Part shown: piece by piece, positions 46,655 through 58,318 of the stretch
Layout: each line of letters begins with the position of its first letter
Numbering within the stretch: the stretch's first letter is position 1
NCBI GenBank assembly: GCA_965602015.1
Contig: OZ271918.1
Coordinates: 2,784,001 to 2,848,000 of the forward strand
DNA from: Salinispira sp.
GTDB lineage: Bacteria > Spirochaetota > Spirochaetia > DSM-27196 > Salinispiraceae
DNA length: 64,000 bases
Direction of reading: 5' to 3'
Notes under the pieces: model-generated
What the model saw: only the letters and a program-made list of their open reading frames with translations
What the model was told of the DNA's origin: nothing
Database searches by the model: none
Position numbers and translations under genes: made by a program

Positions 46655-47899
46655 TCACATGCCTATCTGTGAATTGAGATATTCCCGGAACTTTTTTGCG
46701 TGACGGTTTTCCGAGTCGATATCCAGGACGGCGTCGCAGTCGGCTATGGCGCCGCTGTAGTCACCCAGGGAATGGTAGAGCTGGCTGCGCGACAGAAGGG
46801 CGTCTTCGCTGCGGGGATTGTGCTCGATGCAGCGGTTGAATTCCTGGATGGCTGCCCGGTCATTTCCCCGCTGCCTGAGGCATAGCCCCAAATACAGCCG
46901 CGCCCGCTCCCCTTCAGCGCTGATTTTCAGGGAGGAGCGGAAGTCTTCTTCGGCCGCCTGATACTCCCCGGTGGCAAAGCGCGCCATACCCCTGTGGAGA
47001 AAGACCATGGCCATTATGCTTTCCGGCGCGCTCTCGTCGAGAATTCGGCTGTATATGCTTATGGCCGACTCGTAATGGTGGGCGTTATGGGCGTAGAGGG
47101 CCTTGAGAAGCTGGCTCTCCTGGGTCTCCGTAGAAATGCTGTTGAGCAGTGGATGATCGGGAAATGAGCCCAGGCTGTCGGGTTTCACCGGAGGCAGCTG
47201 TTCTCCGCCGACCATTTCATCGTGTTGAACCATGGACATAAAGGCCACTCTCCGGCGGTCCAGCTGATGCTGAAGCTCCCGCTGATAGACCCGTATCTCG
47301 TGAAAAATCATGTCCGATAGGGAGAGATTCGCGTTTAACGCCGCCAGCTTCCGCCTGAGATTGGCGTCGAACGGGGTAATCTGGGACTTGTATACCATTT
47401 CGTGTTCGACCTCGGCCCAGGCATCTTGAAGAATGGTCCGGAGCTGCACTTCCGCAACCAAATTGCCGCTTAAATGAAAGCTCTCAACCACGTCGCCGGG
47501 CAGCTCGATAAGAAAATGAAGGGAATCGTAGCCGAATTCCTTGAAAGAAAACTCGGCCCCTTTTTTTTCCCGTTCGGTGATGGTGAAATTCTCATCGAGG
47601 AGTTTCTCGGCAGATTCCAGGTCGTCGAGAAAGGGGCAGACAATTCTCAAGCCCAACACATCGCTGATCAGGAGGGTGGTGTCGCCGTTCACCTCGCCCA
47701 TGCGTTTCTGGATTTTCGCATAATAGCTGGCGAAGCTCTTTACCCGGTATTTCACCGTCGCCCGGATTCTGCGCTGCTCCAGCAGCACCCTCAGCCGGCG
47801 ATGGAGCTCGTACATGGCCCGCTCAAAGCTGTCCGCATGCTCCAGATATTCCTGCTCGAGCTCCATTTTGGATTTCGGGGGTAGGCTGACGTGAATCAT
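46655..47899 (-). CDS. Small alarmone (p)ppGpp synthetase with C-terminal TPR repeats
   Basis: YRVKSFAS, DVLGLRI, GYDSLH, EVQLRTILQDAWAEVEH; TPR helices. Confidence 0.9.
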   Translation of the reverse strand: MIHVSLPPKSKMELEQEYLEHADSFERAMYELHRRLRVLLEQRRIRATVKYRVKSFASYYAKIQKRMGEVNGDTTLLISDVLGLRIVCPFLDDLESAEKLLDENFTITEREKKGAEFSFKEFGYDSLHFLIELPGDVVESFHLSGNLVAEVQLRTILQDAWAEVEHEMVYKSQITPFDANLRRKLAALNANLSLSDMIFHEIRVYQRELQHQLDRRRVAFMSMVQHDEMVGGEQLPPVKPDSLGSFPDHPLLNSISTETQESQLLKALYAHNAHHYESAISIYSRILDESAPESIMAMVFLHRGMARFATGEYQAAEEDFRSSLKISAEGERARLYLGLCLRQRGNDRAAIQEFNRCIEHNPRSEDALLSRSQLYHSLGDYSGAIADCDAVLDIDSENRHAKKFREYLNSQIGM

Positions 47900-47906
47900 C
47901 TGCTTT

Positions 47907-48749
47907 TTATTCTACCACATCGCGAAAGGTTTTTGATTCCAAATCATCGATATTTATGATGGACAGGAAGCAGCCCTGAAAATACCCGCTGTCGGGATCG
48001 GAGATGATCTGAGGAATCATGTAACAGACAAACACCCTGCCGCCGTAGGCAATTTTGGTGACGGCGGGCTCGGGACGGAATTTCGTGCCGAAGCGTCTGG
48101 GTGCCCGTGAAGAGTCGAATATCGAGAAGAATCCCTCGAGTCTTTCCGGATCAAGCAGGAAGCTGGAGGCCGGGAGGTTCTGGATGTCTTCAAGGGCACA
48201 GCCCAGGGTCTTGAGAATGTTGATATTCGCATAGCGAACCCCGCCCCGCTCGTCCAGAAGGCAAAAACCCTGATTCATATGCTCCAGCAGGCGCTGAATC
48301 TGAAGCTCCTGGGCGCGGATCCGCCGTTCGGTACGGAATTTGTACATGGCAATGGAAACGGCAGTTGAGAGCTCCCGGTCGGTGAAGGGTTTTGCAAGAA
48401 AGCCGAAGGGCTGGGTTTCGGGTATTCGCCGGAGGATATCCTCCTCTATGACGCCGCTGACATAGACCACCGGAACATCATAGCGGTCCCGAAGAAGGGT
48501 TGCCGCCGAAATGCCGTCAACGGTGCCGTTGATCTCGATATCCATAAGAACCAGGTCGGGCTTATGCCGGTGCATTACCGCTTCCAGCTCATCAGCCCGG
48601 TCAACCACCGCTTCGACGGAATACCCCAGGCGCTGCAGACTTCGCTGAAGGGCGGCGGCGATAATGAACTCGTCTTCCACTATGAGGACGCCGGTTTTTA
48701 TCCCTTCTGTTTCGAGTTCAGTATGCGCGCCCGCCATAGGCATATCCAT
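47907..48749 (-). CDS. Response regulator (REC plus PAS)
   Basis: LIVEDE, VLMDI, AKPF; PAS GFCLLD...YAN. Confidence 0.85.
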   Translation of the reverse strand: MDMPMAGAHTELETEGIKTGVLIVEDEFIIAAALQRSLQRLGYSVEAVVDRADELEAVMHRHKPDLVLMDIEINGTVDGISAATLLRDRYDVPVVYVSGVIEEDILRRIPETQPFGFLAKPFTDRELSTAVSIAMYKFRTERRIRAQELQIQRLLEHMNQGFCLLDERGGVRYANINILKTLGCALEDIQNLPASSFLLDPERLEGFFSIFDSSRAPRRFGTKFRPEPAVTKIAYGGRVFVCYMIPQIISDPDSGYFQGCFLSIINIDDLESKTFRDVVE

Positions 48750-48797
48750 CGGCCGCCTCCCCCGGACCGGTCCGCGGTCCTGGAAACCACTATTGTA

Positions 48798-49907
48798 CTA
48801 CACGTTGAATTTAAAATGTATCACATCGCCGTCCTTGACGGGATATTCCTTTCCTTCCATTCGCAATCGCCCAGCTTCGCGGATTTTCTGCTCACTGCCC
48901 AATTCGAACAGGTCTTCGCAATGGTAGACCTCAGCCTTAATGAACCCCTTTTCAAAATCAGTGTGGATTACTCCCGCTGCCCGGGGCGCTTTATCGCCTT
49001 CATGGAATGTCCATGCCCGAACCTCTTTCTCGCCGGCGGTAAAATAGGTGCGAAGACCCAAAAGTCCGTAACCTTCATGAATCAGGGCGCTCAAACCGCT
49101 TTCCTCCAGGCCCATATCGGCGAGAAATTCGCTGCGCTCCTCCTCGGTTTCCAGATCGGCAATTTCCCGTTCAAGCTGGCCGCAGAGCACAACGACCCCG
49201 GCGCCTTCGGTCTTCGCGATGTCCCTCACGGTTTTTACATAGTCGTTCTCTTTCCCGATTCCGTCTTCATCGACATTGCAGAGGTAGAGCATTTTTTTCA
49301 TGGTGATGAGATGCATATCGTAAATCAGGGCCCGCTGCTCTTCATCGAGATCAAGGCTGCGGGCGGGTTTGCCCTCTTCGAGGACGCTTTTGAGCATGTC
49401 GAGGATTGGGGCCAGGGACTTGGCGGTGGTCTGCACCTTTTTGTCCGCCGACCGGCTCTCCTTCTCCAGGCGGGCCCGCCGTTTGTCGACGGTTTCCAGG
49501 TCCGCGAGAGCCAGTTCGATATTGATGGTTTCGATGTCGCTGGCGGGGTCGATGGCATTGTCCACGTGAACGATATCTTCGTTTTCGAAGCAGCGCACCA
49601 CATGTACGATGACCCCGACTTCCCGGATATGGCTGAGGAACTTATTGCCCAGACCCTCCCCCTTGCTGGCCCCTTTGACAAGACCGGCGATATCGACGAA
49701 CTCCACCACCGCGGGGATGATTTTCTGCGGGGGGATTATTTCGGCGATGCGCTTGAGCCGCTTGTCTGGCACCGCCACCAGGCCCACATTCGGTTCAATG
49801 GTGCAAAAAGGATAGTTCGCGGCCTCGGCAGGGGCCGAGGTCAGGGAAGAAAATATGGTCGATTTGCCGACATTAGGCAGGCCGACGATCCCGCAATTCA
49901 GGGGCAT
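48798..49907 (-). CDS. ychF: Redox-regulated ATPase YchF
   Basis: [31 protein letters not shown] domain ending FKFNV. Confidence 0.98.
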   Translation of the reverse strand: MPLNCGIVGLPNVGKSTIFSSLTSAPAEAANYPFCTIEPNVGLVAVPDKRLKRIAEIIPPQKIIPAVVEFVDIAGLVKGASKGEGLGNKFLSHIREVGVIVHVVRCFENEDIVHVDNAIDPASDIETINIELALADLETVDKRRARLEKESRSADKKVQTTAKSLAPILDMLKSVLEEGKPARSLDLDEEQRALIYDMHLITMKKMLYLCNVDEDGIGKENDYVKTVRDIAKTEGAGVVVLCGQLEREIADLETEEERSEFLADMGLEESGLSALIHEGYGLLGLRTYFTAGEKEVRAWTFHEGDKAPRAAGVIHTDFEKGFIKAEVYHCEDLFELGSEQKIREAGRLRMEGKEYPVKDGDVIHFKFNV

Positions 49908-50068
49908 GGAGTCTCCTTCATCCGGGACCGAACCCGGCGTATTTAACTATTATAATTCAGGCATGTACCGGTTTGAAAAATTGCTGCAGTGTACCGCGTT
50001 ATGCCGGCCTTATCAATAATGCCGCCCGACTTATTGACTTTATATATGATAATTTATATATATAGTCT

Positions 50069-50407
50069 GTGAATAGAATACTACAGGAATCGACGAGTTT
50101 TGACGATCTTGCCCGGGATATTCAGTCATCCCGCATGCTGCTCGCCTACTTCTCCGCTCCGGATTGCGGGGTATGCGGCGCGTTAAAACCAAAAATCATA
50201 GAAATCCTCGAAGACTACCCTGATATCGAATCCCGGTATATCAACGTCCGGGTTCAGAAAGAAGCGGCCGCCCAGCACAGTATTTTTTCCCTTCCGGGTA
50301 TCCTGGTGTTTGCAGAAGGCCGGGAGAGCATCAGGGAGGCACGCTTCGTCCACATAGATCAGCTGAGGCAGGCTATTGACCGGATTCACCGGATGGTGTT
50401 TGCCTAG
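50069..50407 (+). CDS. Thioredoxin-family protein
   Basis: CGVC active site and FSLP cis-Pro loop. Confidence 0.85.
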   Translation: MNRILQESTSFDDLARDIQSSRMLLAYFSAPDCGVCGALKPKIIEILEDYPDIESRYINVRVQKEAAAQHSIFSLPGILVFAEGRESIREARFVHIDQLRQAIDRIHRMVFA

Positions 50408-50472
50408 GGCTTCTACCGGGAGACCCTTAGCCGATACAATGCAAGCGGGGGGCGAATCTGCATTACTACGAC

Positions 50473-51144
50473 TTGGTACATCCGGAGAACCTCAGTCCCG
50501 AGGCCTTTGACTATCTCCTTTCCCGGGGCTGGTATCCCATGCGCCAGGCGATATTTACCACGTCGCACATCGAAAGCCCGGAAGGCCAGGTCCGGCAGGT
50601 CCACTGGCTGCGCTATCCGGTGGCTGAGATTACTCAGCGCCAGTCCCACCGTCGTATCCGCCGGCGCAATGGGGAATTCTCCGTTGAACTGCTCGACCCC
50701 TTCACTCACTCCGATGAGCTCGACGAGCTGTATTCCCGCTATCTCGACTCGGTGGATTTCGACGGCTACCCCACCATTGCCGCGGCGAGCCTGAATCCCG
50801 GAGAGGCAAACATCTACAGCAGCCGGGCCTTTCTGGTAAGGGATAATCAGCGGATTATTGCATGCGGGCTTTTCCATCAGGGAGACCGGGCACTGGCCTC
50901 CATACTCCATTTCTACGATCCGGGCTACCGGAATTATAGCCTGGGAAAATACCTTATTCTTCTGACGGTGGATTACTGCCGCAACAACGGCATCAGCTGG
51001 TACTACCCGGGCTATGTCATCCGGCAGGATGGCAGGATGGACTACAAACTGTTTCTCGGCCGGGGCCTGGCCCAGTATTACGACCCGGCTCCCCATCCGA
51101 TGAACGGGACATGGCGGAAATTCGAACAGTCAATTTTGGACTGA
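50473..51144 (+). CDS. Arginyl/leucyl-tRNA-protein transferase (ATE1/Bpt-like)
   Basis: LSRGW, FYDP.Y..YSLGKY, YYPGY, MDYK; true start may be slightly upstream (CTG 50458). Confidence 0.8.
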   Translation: MVHPENLSPEAFDYLLSRGWYPMRQAIFTTSHIESPEGQVRQVHWLRYPVAEITQRQSHRRIRRRNGEFSVELLDPFTHSDELDELYSRYLDSVDFDGYPTIAAASLNPGEANIYSSRAFLVRDNQRIIACGLFHQGDRALASILHFYDPGYRNYSLGKYLILLTVDYCRNNGISWYYPGYVIRQDGRMDYKLFLGRGLAQYYDPAPHPMNGTWRKFEQSILD

Positions 51145-51152
51145 CGGCGGGC

Positions 51153-51689
51153 CTATTGGCTTTCATCCAGGTACATCCGGTATCCCCGCTCTTCCAGGCT
51201 TTCTATTTTTTCCCTGACCTGCCCCTCCAGGTCTTCCCGGTAGGCATGTATCTTCGAACGGACCGCCGGGTCCGCTGACCCCACAATCCGGGCCGCCAGC
51301 AGACCGGCGTTCTTGGCACCATTAATCGCCACCGTCGCCACCGGAATGCCCCCGGGCATCTGGACGATGCTCAACAGACTGTCCAGACCGTTGAGGCTCC
51401 GGGTCTTCACCGGCACCCCGATTACCGGAAGGCTGGTGAGGCTTGCCACCATTCCCGGCAAATGGGCGGCCCCGCCGGCGCCGGCGATTATCACCCGAAG
51501 GCCCCGTTCCTCGGCCTGCCGCGCGTAGTCGTACATACGCCCCGGCGTACGGTGGGCCGATACGATGGTCAGCTCATAGGACAGACCGAGCTCATCGAGA
51601 ACCTGGGCCGCATCCTTCATAACCGGAAGGTCTGAATCGCTTCCCATAATAATCCCCACCAGCGGGGAATTGCCGTCTTTGCCCGTCAT
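51153..51689 (-). CDS. purE: N5-CAIR mutase
   Basis: [32 protein letters not shown]. Confidence 0.97.
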   Translation of the reverse strand: MTGKDGNSPLVGIIMGSDSDLPVMKDAAQVLDELGLSYELTIVSAHRTPGRMYDYARQAEERGLRVIIAGAGGAAHLPGMVASLTSLPVIGVPVKTRSLNGLDSLLSIVQMPGGIPVATVAINGAKNAGLLAARIVGSADPAVRSKIHAYREDLEGQVREKIESLEERGYRMYLDESQ

Positions 51690-52909
51690 GACTTATCTCC
51701 TTCAATCCTCACGGTCCGCTCCAGCCTGGCAGCCCGGCTCAGCGCAGACTCGAGGGAGTCGTCGAGTACCGTGAAGTGTCCCATTTTGCGGTTCGGACGC
51801 ACATCCCGTTTGCCGTACCAGTGGAGGAATGCGTTCTTTTCCGCCAGAAGTTCATGGTATCCCCGGATCTGCGGCGTGCCTTCAGCCCCCGCAGCTCCCA
51901 GCAGGTTCACCATGACCGAGGGCCGGATCAGCTCGGTAGAGCCCAGGGGTAAGCCGCAGACCGCACGCAAATGCTGTTCGAACTGACTGGTAACCGCTCC
52001 CTCGATGGTCCAATGACCCGAATTGTGCGGCCGGGGGGCGATTTCGTTTATGAGTATGGCTCCCGATGAGTCGAGAAACAGCTCCACGGCGAAGATGCCG
52101 ACGCCGTTCAGGCTCTCAACGGCGGCCACCGCAATCTCCCTGGCGCGCAGCGCCCGGTCCTCGGGAATCCGGGCCGGGGCGCAAACCGAATTACAGATCT
52201 GGGTGTGGGGATCGAACACCATCTCGATAACCGGATATACCCGGGTCCGGCCCGACGGGCTTCTGGCCAGGAGCACCGCCAGCTCCACCTGGAAATCCAC
52301 CAATTCCTCGAGCATAGACGGACCGGGCAGCAGGGGGTCATCGGGACGGGAGATTTTCGCCACTCCCCTGCCGTCATACCCCCCCCTTCGGGTTTTTTGA
52401 ATGCAGGGCAGCCCGAATTCCGCCAAGGCGGCCCTGGCTTCGTCGCTGTTGGCCGATGGCGCCGATGTGAGAGATTGGGCTTCAGGGGAGCCGCCGCTAT
52501 TCCCGAGAATCCGAGGTCCGGCGAATTCCGTAAATCGGGGAACCGGCAGTCCCGCATCGGAAAGAAGCCTTTTTTGTCGGAGCTTGTCCTGGATGTTCAG
52601 AAGGACGGCGGGATCGGGCAGGATTGTGCTGCCCGAAGCCTGTATGTTCTGGAGCTCCGCGGCGTCTATATGCTCGATTTCGTAGGTGAGAACATCCGCC
52701 CGGTCGGACAGTCGCCTGAGGGCATCGCCGTCGGTCAGGGAGCCCTGGATGCAGTGATCAGCCAGTCCGAAGGCCGGCGGATGAGGGGAAGGGTCGAGGA
52801 CCACCGTCGTAATGCCAAGGCGCCGGGCTTCCCAGCACATCATCCGTCCCAGCTGTCCGCCGCCGATAATGCCGAGAACCGGCCCGGGGTAGCGCGTAGT
52901 CCCGTCCAT
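51686..52909 (-). CDS. purK: N5-CAIR synthase
   Basis: [40 protein letters not shown]. Confidence 0.96.
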   Translation of the reverse strand: MDGTTRYPGPVLGIIGGGQLGRMMCWEARRLGITTVVLDPSPHPPAFGLADHCIQGSLTDGDALRRLSDRADVLTYEIEHIDAAELQNIQASGSTILPDPAVLLNIQDKLRQKRLLSDAGLPVPRFTEFAGPRILGNSGGSPEAQSLTSAPSANSDEARAALAEFGLPCIQKTRRGGYDGRGVAKISRPDDPLLPGPSMLEELVDFQVELAVLLARSPSGRTRVYPVIEMVFDPHTQICNSVCAPARIPEDRALRAREIAVAAVESLNGVGIFAVELFLDSSGAILINEIAPRPHNSGHWTIEGAVTSQFEQHLRAVCGLPLGSTELIRPSVMVNLLGAAGAEGTPQIRGYHELLAEKNAFLHWYGKRDVRPNRKMGHFTVLDDSLESALSRAARLERTVRIEGDKS

Positions 52910-53011
52910 GGGGCTGCCTCCTGATACTGGCAACTATGATAAATATTTCCACCGGCGTCAACGAAGTCGATTTTCTGGACAGGGAACCGGGCTGACAATA
53001 GAATAGTAAAC

Positions 53012-54346
53012 ATGGCGGATAAAATCCTCATCGGTCACAGCAACATGGATCTGGACTGTTTCGGATCCATGGCCATGGCCCGATACCTGTACCCCGAACA
53101 TCAGCTCGTGAGAAGCGGGCGCATCCACCCCGTCGCGAAAAACCTGTACACCATATACCGGGAACATCTCTCGATGATCAGCGCCAAGGAACTCAAAACC
53201 CTTGATGTATCGGAAATTGTCGTGCTCGACACCCGGCAGTTCGACAGGGTGAAGGAATATTTCCGGTTTATGCCGAACTTCGACGGGAAGATAACGGTGT
53301 ACGACCACCATGACCAGACAGTCTGCGATCTCAAGAATGCCGAGGTTCACTCGGCGGGCTACGGTTCGAATACCAGCATGATGGCCCTTATGCTTCGGGA
53401 ACGGAATATAGCGGTCCACGACATCGATGCGACCATAGCCTTGGCAGGTATTTATGCCGACACCGGTAACTTCACCCACGAGTCCGTAACCGAAGGCGAC
53501 TTCGCCGCGGCATCCTATCTGCTTCACCACGGAGCATCCCTCACCGCAGTGCGAAAGCTCCTGTCCAAGCTGCGGGAAGACCACCAGATGGATATCTTCC
53601 ATCAGCTGCTCAACGCCCTGGAGTTCCGGCAGATTCACGGCTTTTCCCTGATTACCAGCTACCTCAAACTCGAGGGGCAGGTAGCCGGACTTGCGGCGGT
53701 CATAGAGAGGGTATTCGAGGTGGAGGATGCCGATGCGTACATCGCGGTTTTCGAAATGGAAAAGGAACAGTCCCACCTGCTCATCGGCAGGGCGGGAAAC
53801 CGGCGCATCGACCTGAATCTGATTATGAACAGCTTCGGAGGTGCAGGCCATCCACAGGCGGCCAGCGCCCTGGTAAAAAACTCCGGCGGCTTTCCCATTT
53901 ACGGACATCTGGTGAACGTGCTGAATCAGCGCCTCAATCACGCCCTGACCAGCATTGAGCTGATGGGGCCGGCCACCACCATACCCGAGGACTGGAACCT
54001 GCTGCAAACCGCCCTCCACTTGGAGGAAACAAACAACTCCGGGGCACCGGTGATAGACAAGGACATGCGCCTGACCGGCATGATAACCCTACGGGACATT
54101 CAGAAGGGACGGCGGGCCGAGCAGATGAACGCGCCGGTAACGGCTTACATGACCCGGAAGGTAATTTCCGCTGACAACAACACCACCATCAGGCAGATCG
54201 AGAAGCTTTTCTACCAGCACGACATCGGCCACCTGCCCATCGTCCAAAACGACGTGGTCGTCGGAATGGTCACCCGTTCAGACTATCTGCGCTTCCTCCA
54301 CAAGGACTCAGAGCTTTCTCGTCTTGTGCTGCAGCCAGAGCCGTAA
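53012..54346 (+). CDS. DHH/DHHA1 phosphoesterase with C-terminal CBS pair
   Basis: GHSNMDLD, YDHH, DTGNF, GGAGHPQAASA; two CBS domains. Confidence 0.88.
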   Translation: MADKILIGHSNMDLDCFGSMAMARYLYPEHQLVRSGRIHPVAKNLYTIYREHLSMISAKELKTLDVSEIVVLDTRQFDRVKEYFRFMPNFDGKITVYDHHDQTVCDLKNAEVHSAGYGSNTSMMALMLRERNIAVHDIDATIALAGIYADTGNFTHESVTEGDFAAASYLLHHGASLTAVRKLLSKLREDHQMDIFHQLLNALEFRQIHGFSLITSYLKLEGQVAGLAAVIERVFEVEDADAYIAVFEMEKEQSHLLIGRAGNRRIDLNLIMNSFGGAGHPQAASALVKNSGGFPIYGHLVNVLNQRLNHALTSIELMGPATTIPEDWNLLQTALHLEETNNSGAPVIDKDMRLTGMITLRDIQKGRRAEQMNAPVTAYMTRKVISADNNTTIRQIEKLFYQHDIGHLPIVQNDVVVGMVTRSDYLRFLHKDSELSRLVLQPEP

Positions 54347-56083
54347 TTCGCTGTCCAGCAGGGGAGACAATCGGCGCCACACTGTCTGGTGATACTGATT
54401 CAGCCATGCCAGCTCGTCGGAAGTAAGCAGCGAGGAATTGATCAGCTCCAGCTCGATTGGGCAGAGCGTGAGGGTCTCGAACATCAGGAAACCCGAAAGC
54501 TCGGGATGCTCGACCACCGCTTCGAGGTTTTCTATGCGGATGCCGTGGGACCCCTCCACGTAATATCCCGGTTCGTTCGACACGATCATTCCGGGCAGCA
54601 GTTCCTGTTTGATAAAGCGCGTACTGATGCTCTGGGGGCCTTCGTGTACATTCAGGGCAAAACCGACTCCGTGACCCGTGCCGTGGGCGTAATTCAGACC
54701 CCGGCTCCACAGGCCTTGGCGGGCCAGCACGTCGAGCTGAAGCCCGCTGGTTCCCCGGGGGAACACCGCCTGTGAAAGGGCGATGTTCCCCTTGAGGACC
54801 AGGGTAAAATGATCGATCTGGGATTGGCTTACATCGTGTATGCCGAGGGTTCGGGTTATGTCGGTGGTTCCGTCGGCATACTGACCCCCGCTATCAATAA
54901 GCAGCATGCCGTTTTGTTCCACCGGCAGGGAGCTTGTTTCGTTGACCCGGTAATGCACGATTGCCCCGTGTGCCCCGAAGCCGACGATGGCCGGGAAGCT
55001 GTCGCCGATGTACCCCTCTCCGGCGCGTCGTATTTCACTGATTTTGCCGCTAATCATCATTTCATCGAGGGGTTCGCGGTTTTCAACGCGTTTTTCTATC
55101 CAGTGAAGCAGGCGAACCATGGCCGCCCCGTCTCGCTCCATCACCGTCCTGGTGGACTCCAGTTCCACCGTCGTTTTGACCGCCTTCCACAGCTTCACCG
55201 GCGATTCCGCCGGCGCAAAGCCGTCGCCGAGCGCCTGGGCAGCCGCCATATTGATGGTGCCGGGGTCGGCGCACACCTTCCCTTCAATCTTTTCCAGTTC
55301 GGTAATAAAACCGGCATATGGCAAAACGGATATTCCGTCGGCCTCGAGCCCGGCGGCGATCTCCCTGCTCATGTCTTCGCCATGGGTAAAGAGGGAAGCC
55401 TCGTCTGGAGAAACAAGCAGGTAGGCATAAAACACCGGATTGCATTCCACGTCGCTTCCCCGGAGGTTCAACAGCCAGGCGATTTCATCCAGGGCGGTGA
55501 CCAGCACAAAATCCTCAGGCCGGTCGGCCAGCCAGAGCCTGAGCCGCTCCAATCGCCGGGAGCGGGTCTCTCCGGTATGCTTCGACGACGTTTCGTAGAA
55601 GGGCCGGGCGGGAAGAGCGGGCCTATCCTTCCACACGGCTTCCAGAGGATCGATTCCGGCAATCAGCTTCAGCCCGTACCTGACCAGCCGGGCGGCCATG
55701 GCGGAAAACATAGCCTGGGGAAAGGATTCGGCGGAGACCAGAACCTGATCGGATGCGCCGGCTCTTTTCTTGTGCCGGGCGGCGATCCATTCCTCGATTT
55801 CCGGAGTATCGGGCAGTCCCATCTTCATTAACTCAATCCCGGTTCCGGCCAGAACCTCGCCGGCCTCCAGGAAGTATCTGCCGTCGGTCCACAGGGCTGC
55901 TCCGTCCAGGGTTACGACGGCGGTGCCGGCGGAACCGTGAAATCCGCTAATCCACGCCCGCCCTTCCCAGCGAGGAGCCACGTACTCGGACATGTGGGGG
56001 TCGGTGGACGGGATAATCAGGGCATAGGCGTTTCGGTTTTCAAGCTCGGACTGAACTGCGCGAATCCGCTGCGTAATGTTCAT
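54308..56083 (-). CDS. Xaa-Pro aminopeptidase (aminopeptidase P, M24B)
   Basis: [46 protein letters not shown]. Confidence 0.95.
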   Translation of the reverse strand: MNITQRIRAVQSELENRNAYALIIPSTDPHMSEYVAPRWEGRAWISGFHGSAGTAVVTLDGAALWTDGRYFLEAGEVLAGTGIELMKMGLPDTPEIEEWIAARHKKRAGASDQVLVSAESFPQAMFSAMAARLVRYGLKLIAGIDPLEAVWKDRPALPARPFYETSSKHTGETRSRRLERLRLWLADRPEDFVLVTALDEIAWLLNLRGSDVECNPVFYAYLLVSPDEASLFTHGEDMSREIAAGLEADGISVLPYAGFITELEKIEGKVCADPGTINMAAAQALGDGFAPAESPVKLWKAVKTTVELESTRTVMERDGAAMVRLLHWIEKRVENREPLDEMMISGKISEIRRAGEGYIGDSFPAIVGFGAHGAIVHYRVNETSSLPVEQNGMLLIDSGGQYADGTTDITRTLGIHDVSQSQIDHFTLVLKGNIALSQAVFPRGTSGLQLDVLARQGLWSRGLNYAHGTGHGVGFALNVHEGPQSISTRFIKQELLPGMIVSNEPGYYVEGSHGIRIENLEAVVEHPELSGFLMFETLTLCPIELELINSSLLTSDELAWLNQYHQTVWRRLSPLLDSELRLWLQHKTRKL

Positions 56084-56218
56084 GGGGCCTCCAGGTGCGC
56101 TATTTTTAAAGAAAGGGCTGTTATTGTAATACAGGGCATGATTTCTGTCCAACTTGTGGACTCAATACATTGGCGGCTGGTATCAATTAATACTTATATT
56201 CAATATATTAAACAGCAT

Positions 56219-58318
56219 ATGAAAAACATGAAGCTCACTACTAAAATCGCGCTTATTTTCGGGGTAATGGGATTCCTGCTGCTAAACCTTGCGGGGATGA
56301 ACTTCTACACATCCCAGTTGGTGCAAAGCGGCTACAGAAATCTGTTGGACGGCGCCATGGCAAAATCCGTGGCGGTGGCTAATATATCCTCCCGGATGCA
56401 GGAACTTCTCGCCCTCGACTCCCGATTCGATTTCACCCTTGAAACCAGCTATCACGTCAATGCAGGCCGGGTTTTCCGGTGCCTGCAGGATGAAATAGAC
56501 CGGCTGCGCTCCATAGAATCCGCCATGGCTTCAGGATCGCCTGATGAAAACGCCCTGGAGCAGGTGAACAAGCTCGCCGCTGAGGCCTCCAATTTCCGCA
56601 ATGTGAGTGACGAGATTTATGAAAAAACCCTGGAGAAGGGACTAACCCGGAACGAAGGGCTGTCGGGCAGCCTGGAGACCGCCGCAGCATCCCTCGGCGA
56701 TCTGGTAACCCGACTCGGCGGCTCGGAGCTGGAAAACCGGGTTCTCGCCCTGCGCCTTGCCGAGCGGACGGTCCTGCTGGACCGCAGCGAAGAAAATTTG
56801 TCTCTCCACGGTGGAATCCTCGACAACCTGTTCATCCTCGCGGCGAACCTCCGGGGGCCGGAAGCCGACAGGCTTCAGTTGACCGCCGCATTGGAAAATT
56901 ACCGCGGTGCATTTAACGCCCTGATGAGGTTGCAGGACGATCTGGATTTTCTCTACGACCGGAGGCAGCAGATTCTCACTCTCACGACGGTTTCCCTCGC
57001 CGGGGAACGGCTGCAGGCAGAAGAAACCCTGGCGGAAGCCACTGCCGGGATAGAACAGCTCATCAGCTCCCTAAATGTGTTTTTACTGTCGGTGACCGGC
57101 GCGGTCCTGCTTCTCGCGGGGGTAATCGCTGTGTTCATTACCCGGGCAATTCGCCGGTCGGTTCAAAAGGCCCTTGAGAGCGCCGAGTACCTGTCCAGGG
57201 GCGATTTTACTCATCGGGTAAAAAGCGACCGGAACGATGAGCTGGGAAGGATCATTTCGGGAATCGGCACGGCGGTGAGCAACCTGTCGGTCCTCATTCG
57301 GGAATCCGCCGATCTGGCCAGGGGAAGCGGTGAGCTCAGCCGGGAACTGGCGGCAAACAGTGAGGAAAGCCAGGCGGCCATCATCGAAATACAGGCGAAT
57401 CTCCGTTCAATAAGCGCGATGGCTGAAACCCTCCGCAGCTCAAGCGGCCACAACCTCGATTCAGTCCGGAAGATAGACGAGAGCATTCAGGAGCTCAACG
57501 GCCTGGTGGAGCATCAGTCTTCGGGAATTATTCAAACCACTGCCTCCATCGAGGAGATGATTGCCAATATTCAGAACGTCAGCGGCATTTCCCGCCAGCG
57601 CTCCGAGGGCATCAACACGCTCCTGGAAATGACCAGGAAAAACGGGGTTGAGATTCAGAACACCAACAGCACCGCCGAAGAAATTTCCGGCCTGGCGAAA
57701 AACATCATGGATATCACCTCGGTCATTAACGGAATTGCCGCCCAGACGAATCTTTTGGCTATGAATGCCGCCATCGAGGCGGCCCATGCGGGCGATGCCG
57801 GACGGGGCTTTGCGGTGGTTGCCGATGAAATCAGGAAACTCGCCGAATCAACCGGAGCCAATGCCGGACAGATCAGCCAGATGCTGAAACACATTACTGA
57901 GAGGATCCGCACGGTGGCATCGAGCTCTCATGAAAGCGCGAACACCTTTTATACCATCGAAGGTGAAATTCAAAGTTTTACCCATTCGTTCTCCGAAATT
58001 GTCAGTGCGATGAACGAAATGTCCGTGGGCTCCACCCAGGTTCTCGAAGCCTCCCAGTCGATGAAGGATGAGCTGGAAGCCCTGTCTAGGCGGAGCAGGG
58101 GAATCAGCGGAGAAACCCGGAACATCTTCGACAGCAGCAGGTCCATGGATGACCAGGTATCCAACATCACCCGGGGCATAGAAGAAATCACCCTGGCCAT
58201 CGGTCATATTTCCGACGGATCACAGCAGGTAGCCGTCATCGCCCAGGAAAATCTCCGGGGGATGAGCGGTATCGAAGAGAAACTGGCGAGTTTCAAGCTC
58301 GAAGAGAAGGCAGTGTAA
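56219..58318 (+). CDS. Methyl-accepting chemotaxis protein
   Basis: Two TMs, [42 protein letters not shown]. Confidence 0.95.
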   Translation: MKNMKLTTKIALIFGVMGFLLLNLAGMNFYTSQLVQSGYRNLLDGAMAKSVAVANISSRMQELLALDSRFDFTLETSYHVNAGRVFRCLQDEIDRLRSIESAMASGSPDENALEQVNKLAAEASNFRNVSDEIYEKTLEKGLTRNEGLSGSLETAAASLGDLVTRLGGSELENRVLALRLAERTVLLDRSEENLSLHGGILDNLFILAANLRGPEADRLQLTAALENYRGAFNALMRLQDDLDFLYDRRQQILTLTTVSLAGERLQAEETLAEATAGIEQLISSLNVFLLSVTGAVLLLAGVIAVFITRAIRRSVQKALESAEYLSRGDFTHRVKSDRNDELGRIISGIGTAVSNLSVLIRESADLARGSGELSRELAANSEESQAAIIEIQANLRSISAMAETLRSSSGHNLDSVRKIDESIQELNGLVEHQSSGIIQTTASIEEMIANIQNVSGISRQRSEGINTLLEMTRKNGVEIQNTNSTAEEISGLAKNIMDITSVINGIAAQTNLLAMNAAIEAAHAGDAGRGFAVVADEIRKLAESTGANAGQISQMLKHITERIRTVASSSHESANTFYTIEGEIQSFTHSFSEIVSAMNEMSVGSTQVLEASQSMKDELEALSRRSRGISGETRNIFDSSRSMDDQVSNITRGIEEITLAIGHISDGSQQVAVIAQENLRGMSGIEEKLASFKLEEKAV

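Noticed and set aside
56219..58318. MCP as the receptor for the CheA-like kinase
   Set aside because: Over 40 kb away, and the kinase lacks the CheW-like domain needed to join arrays
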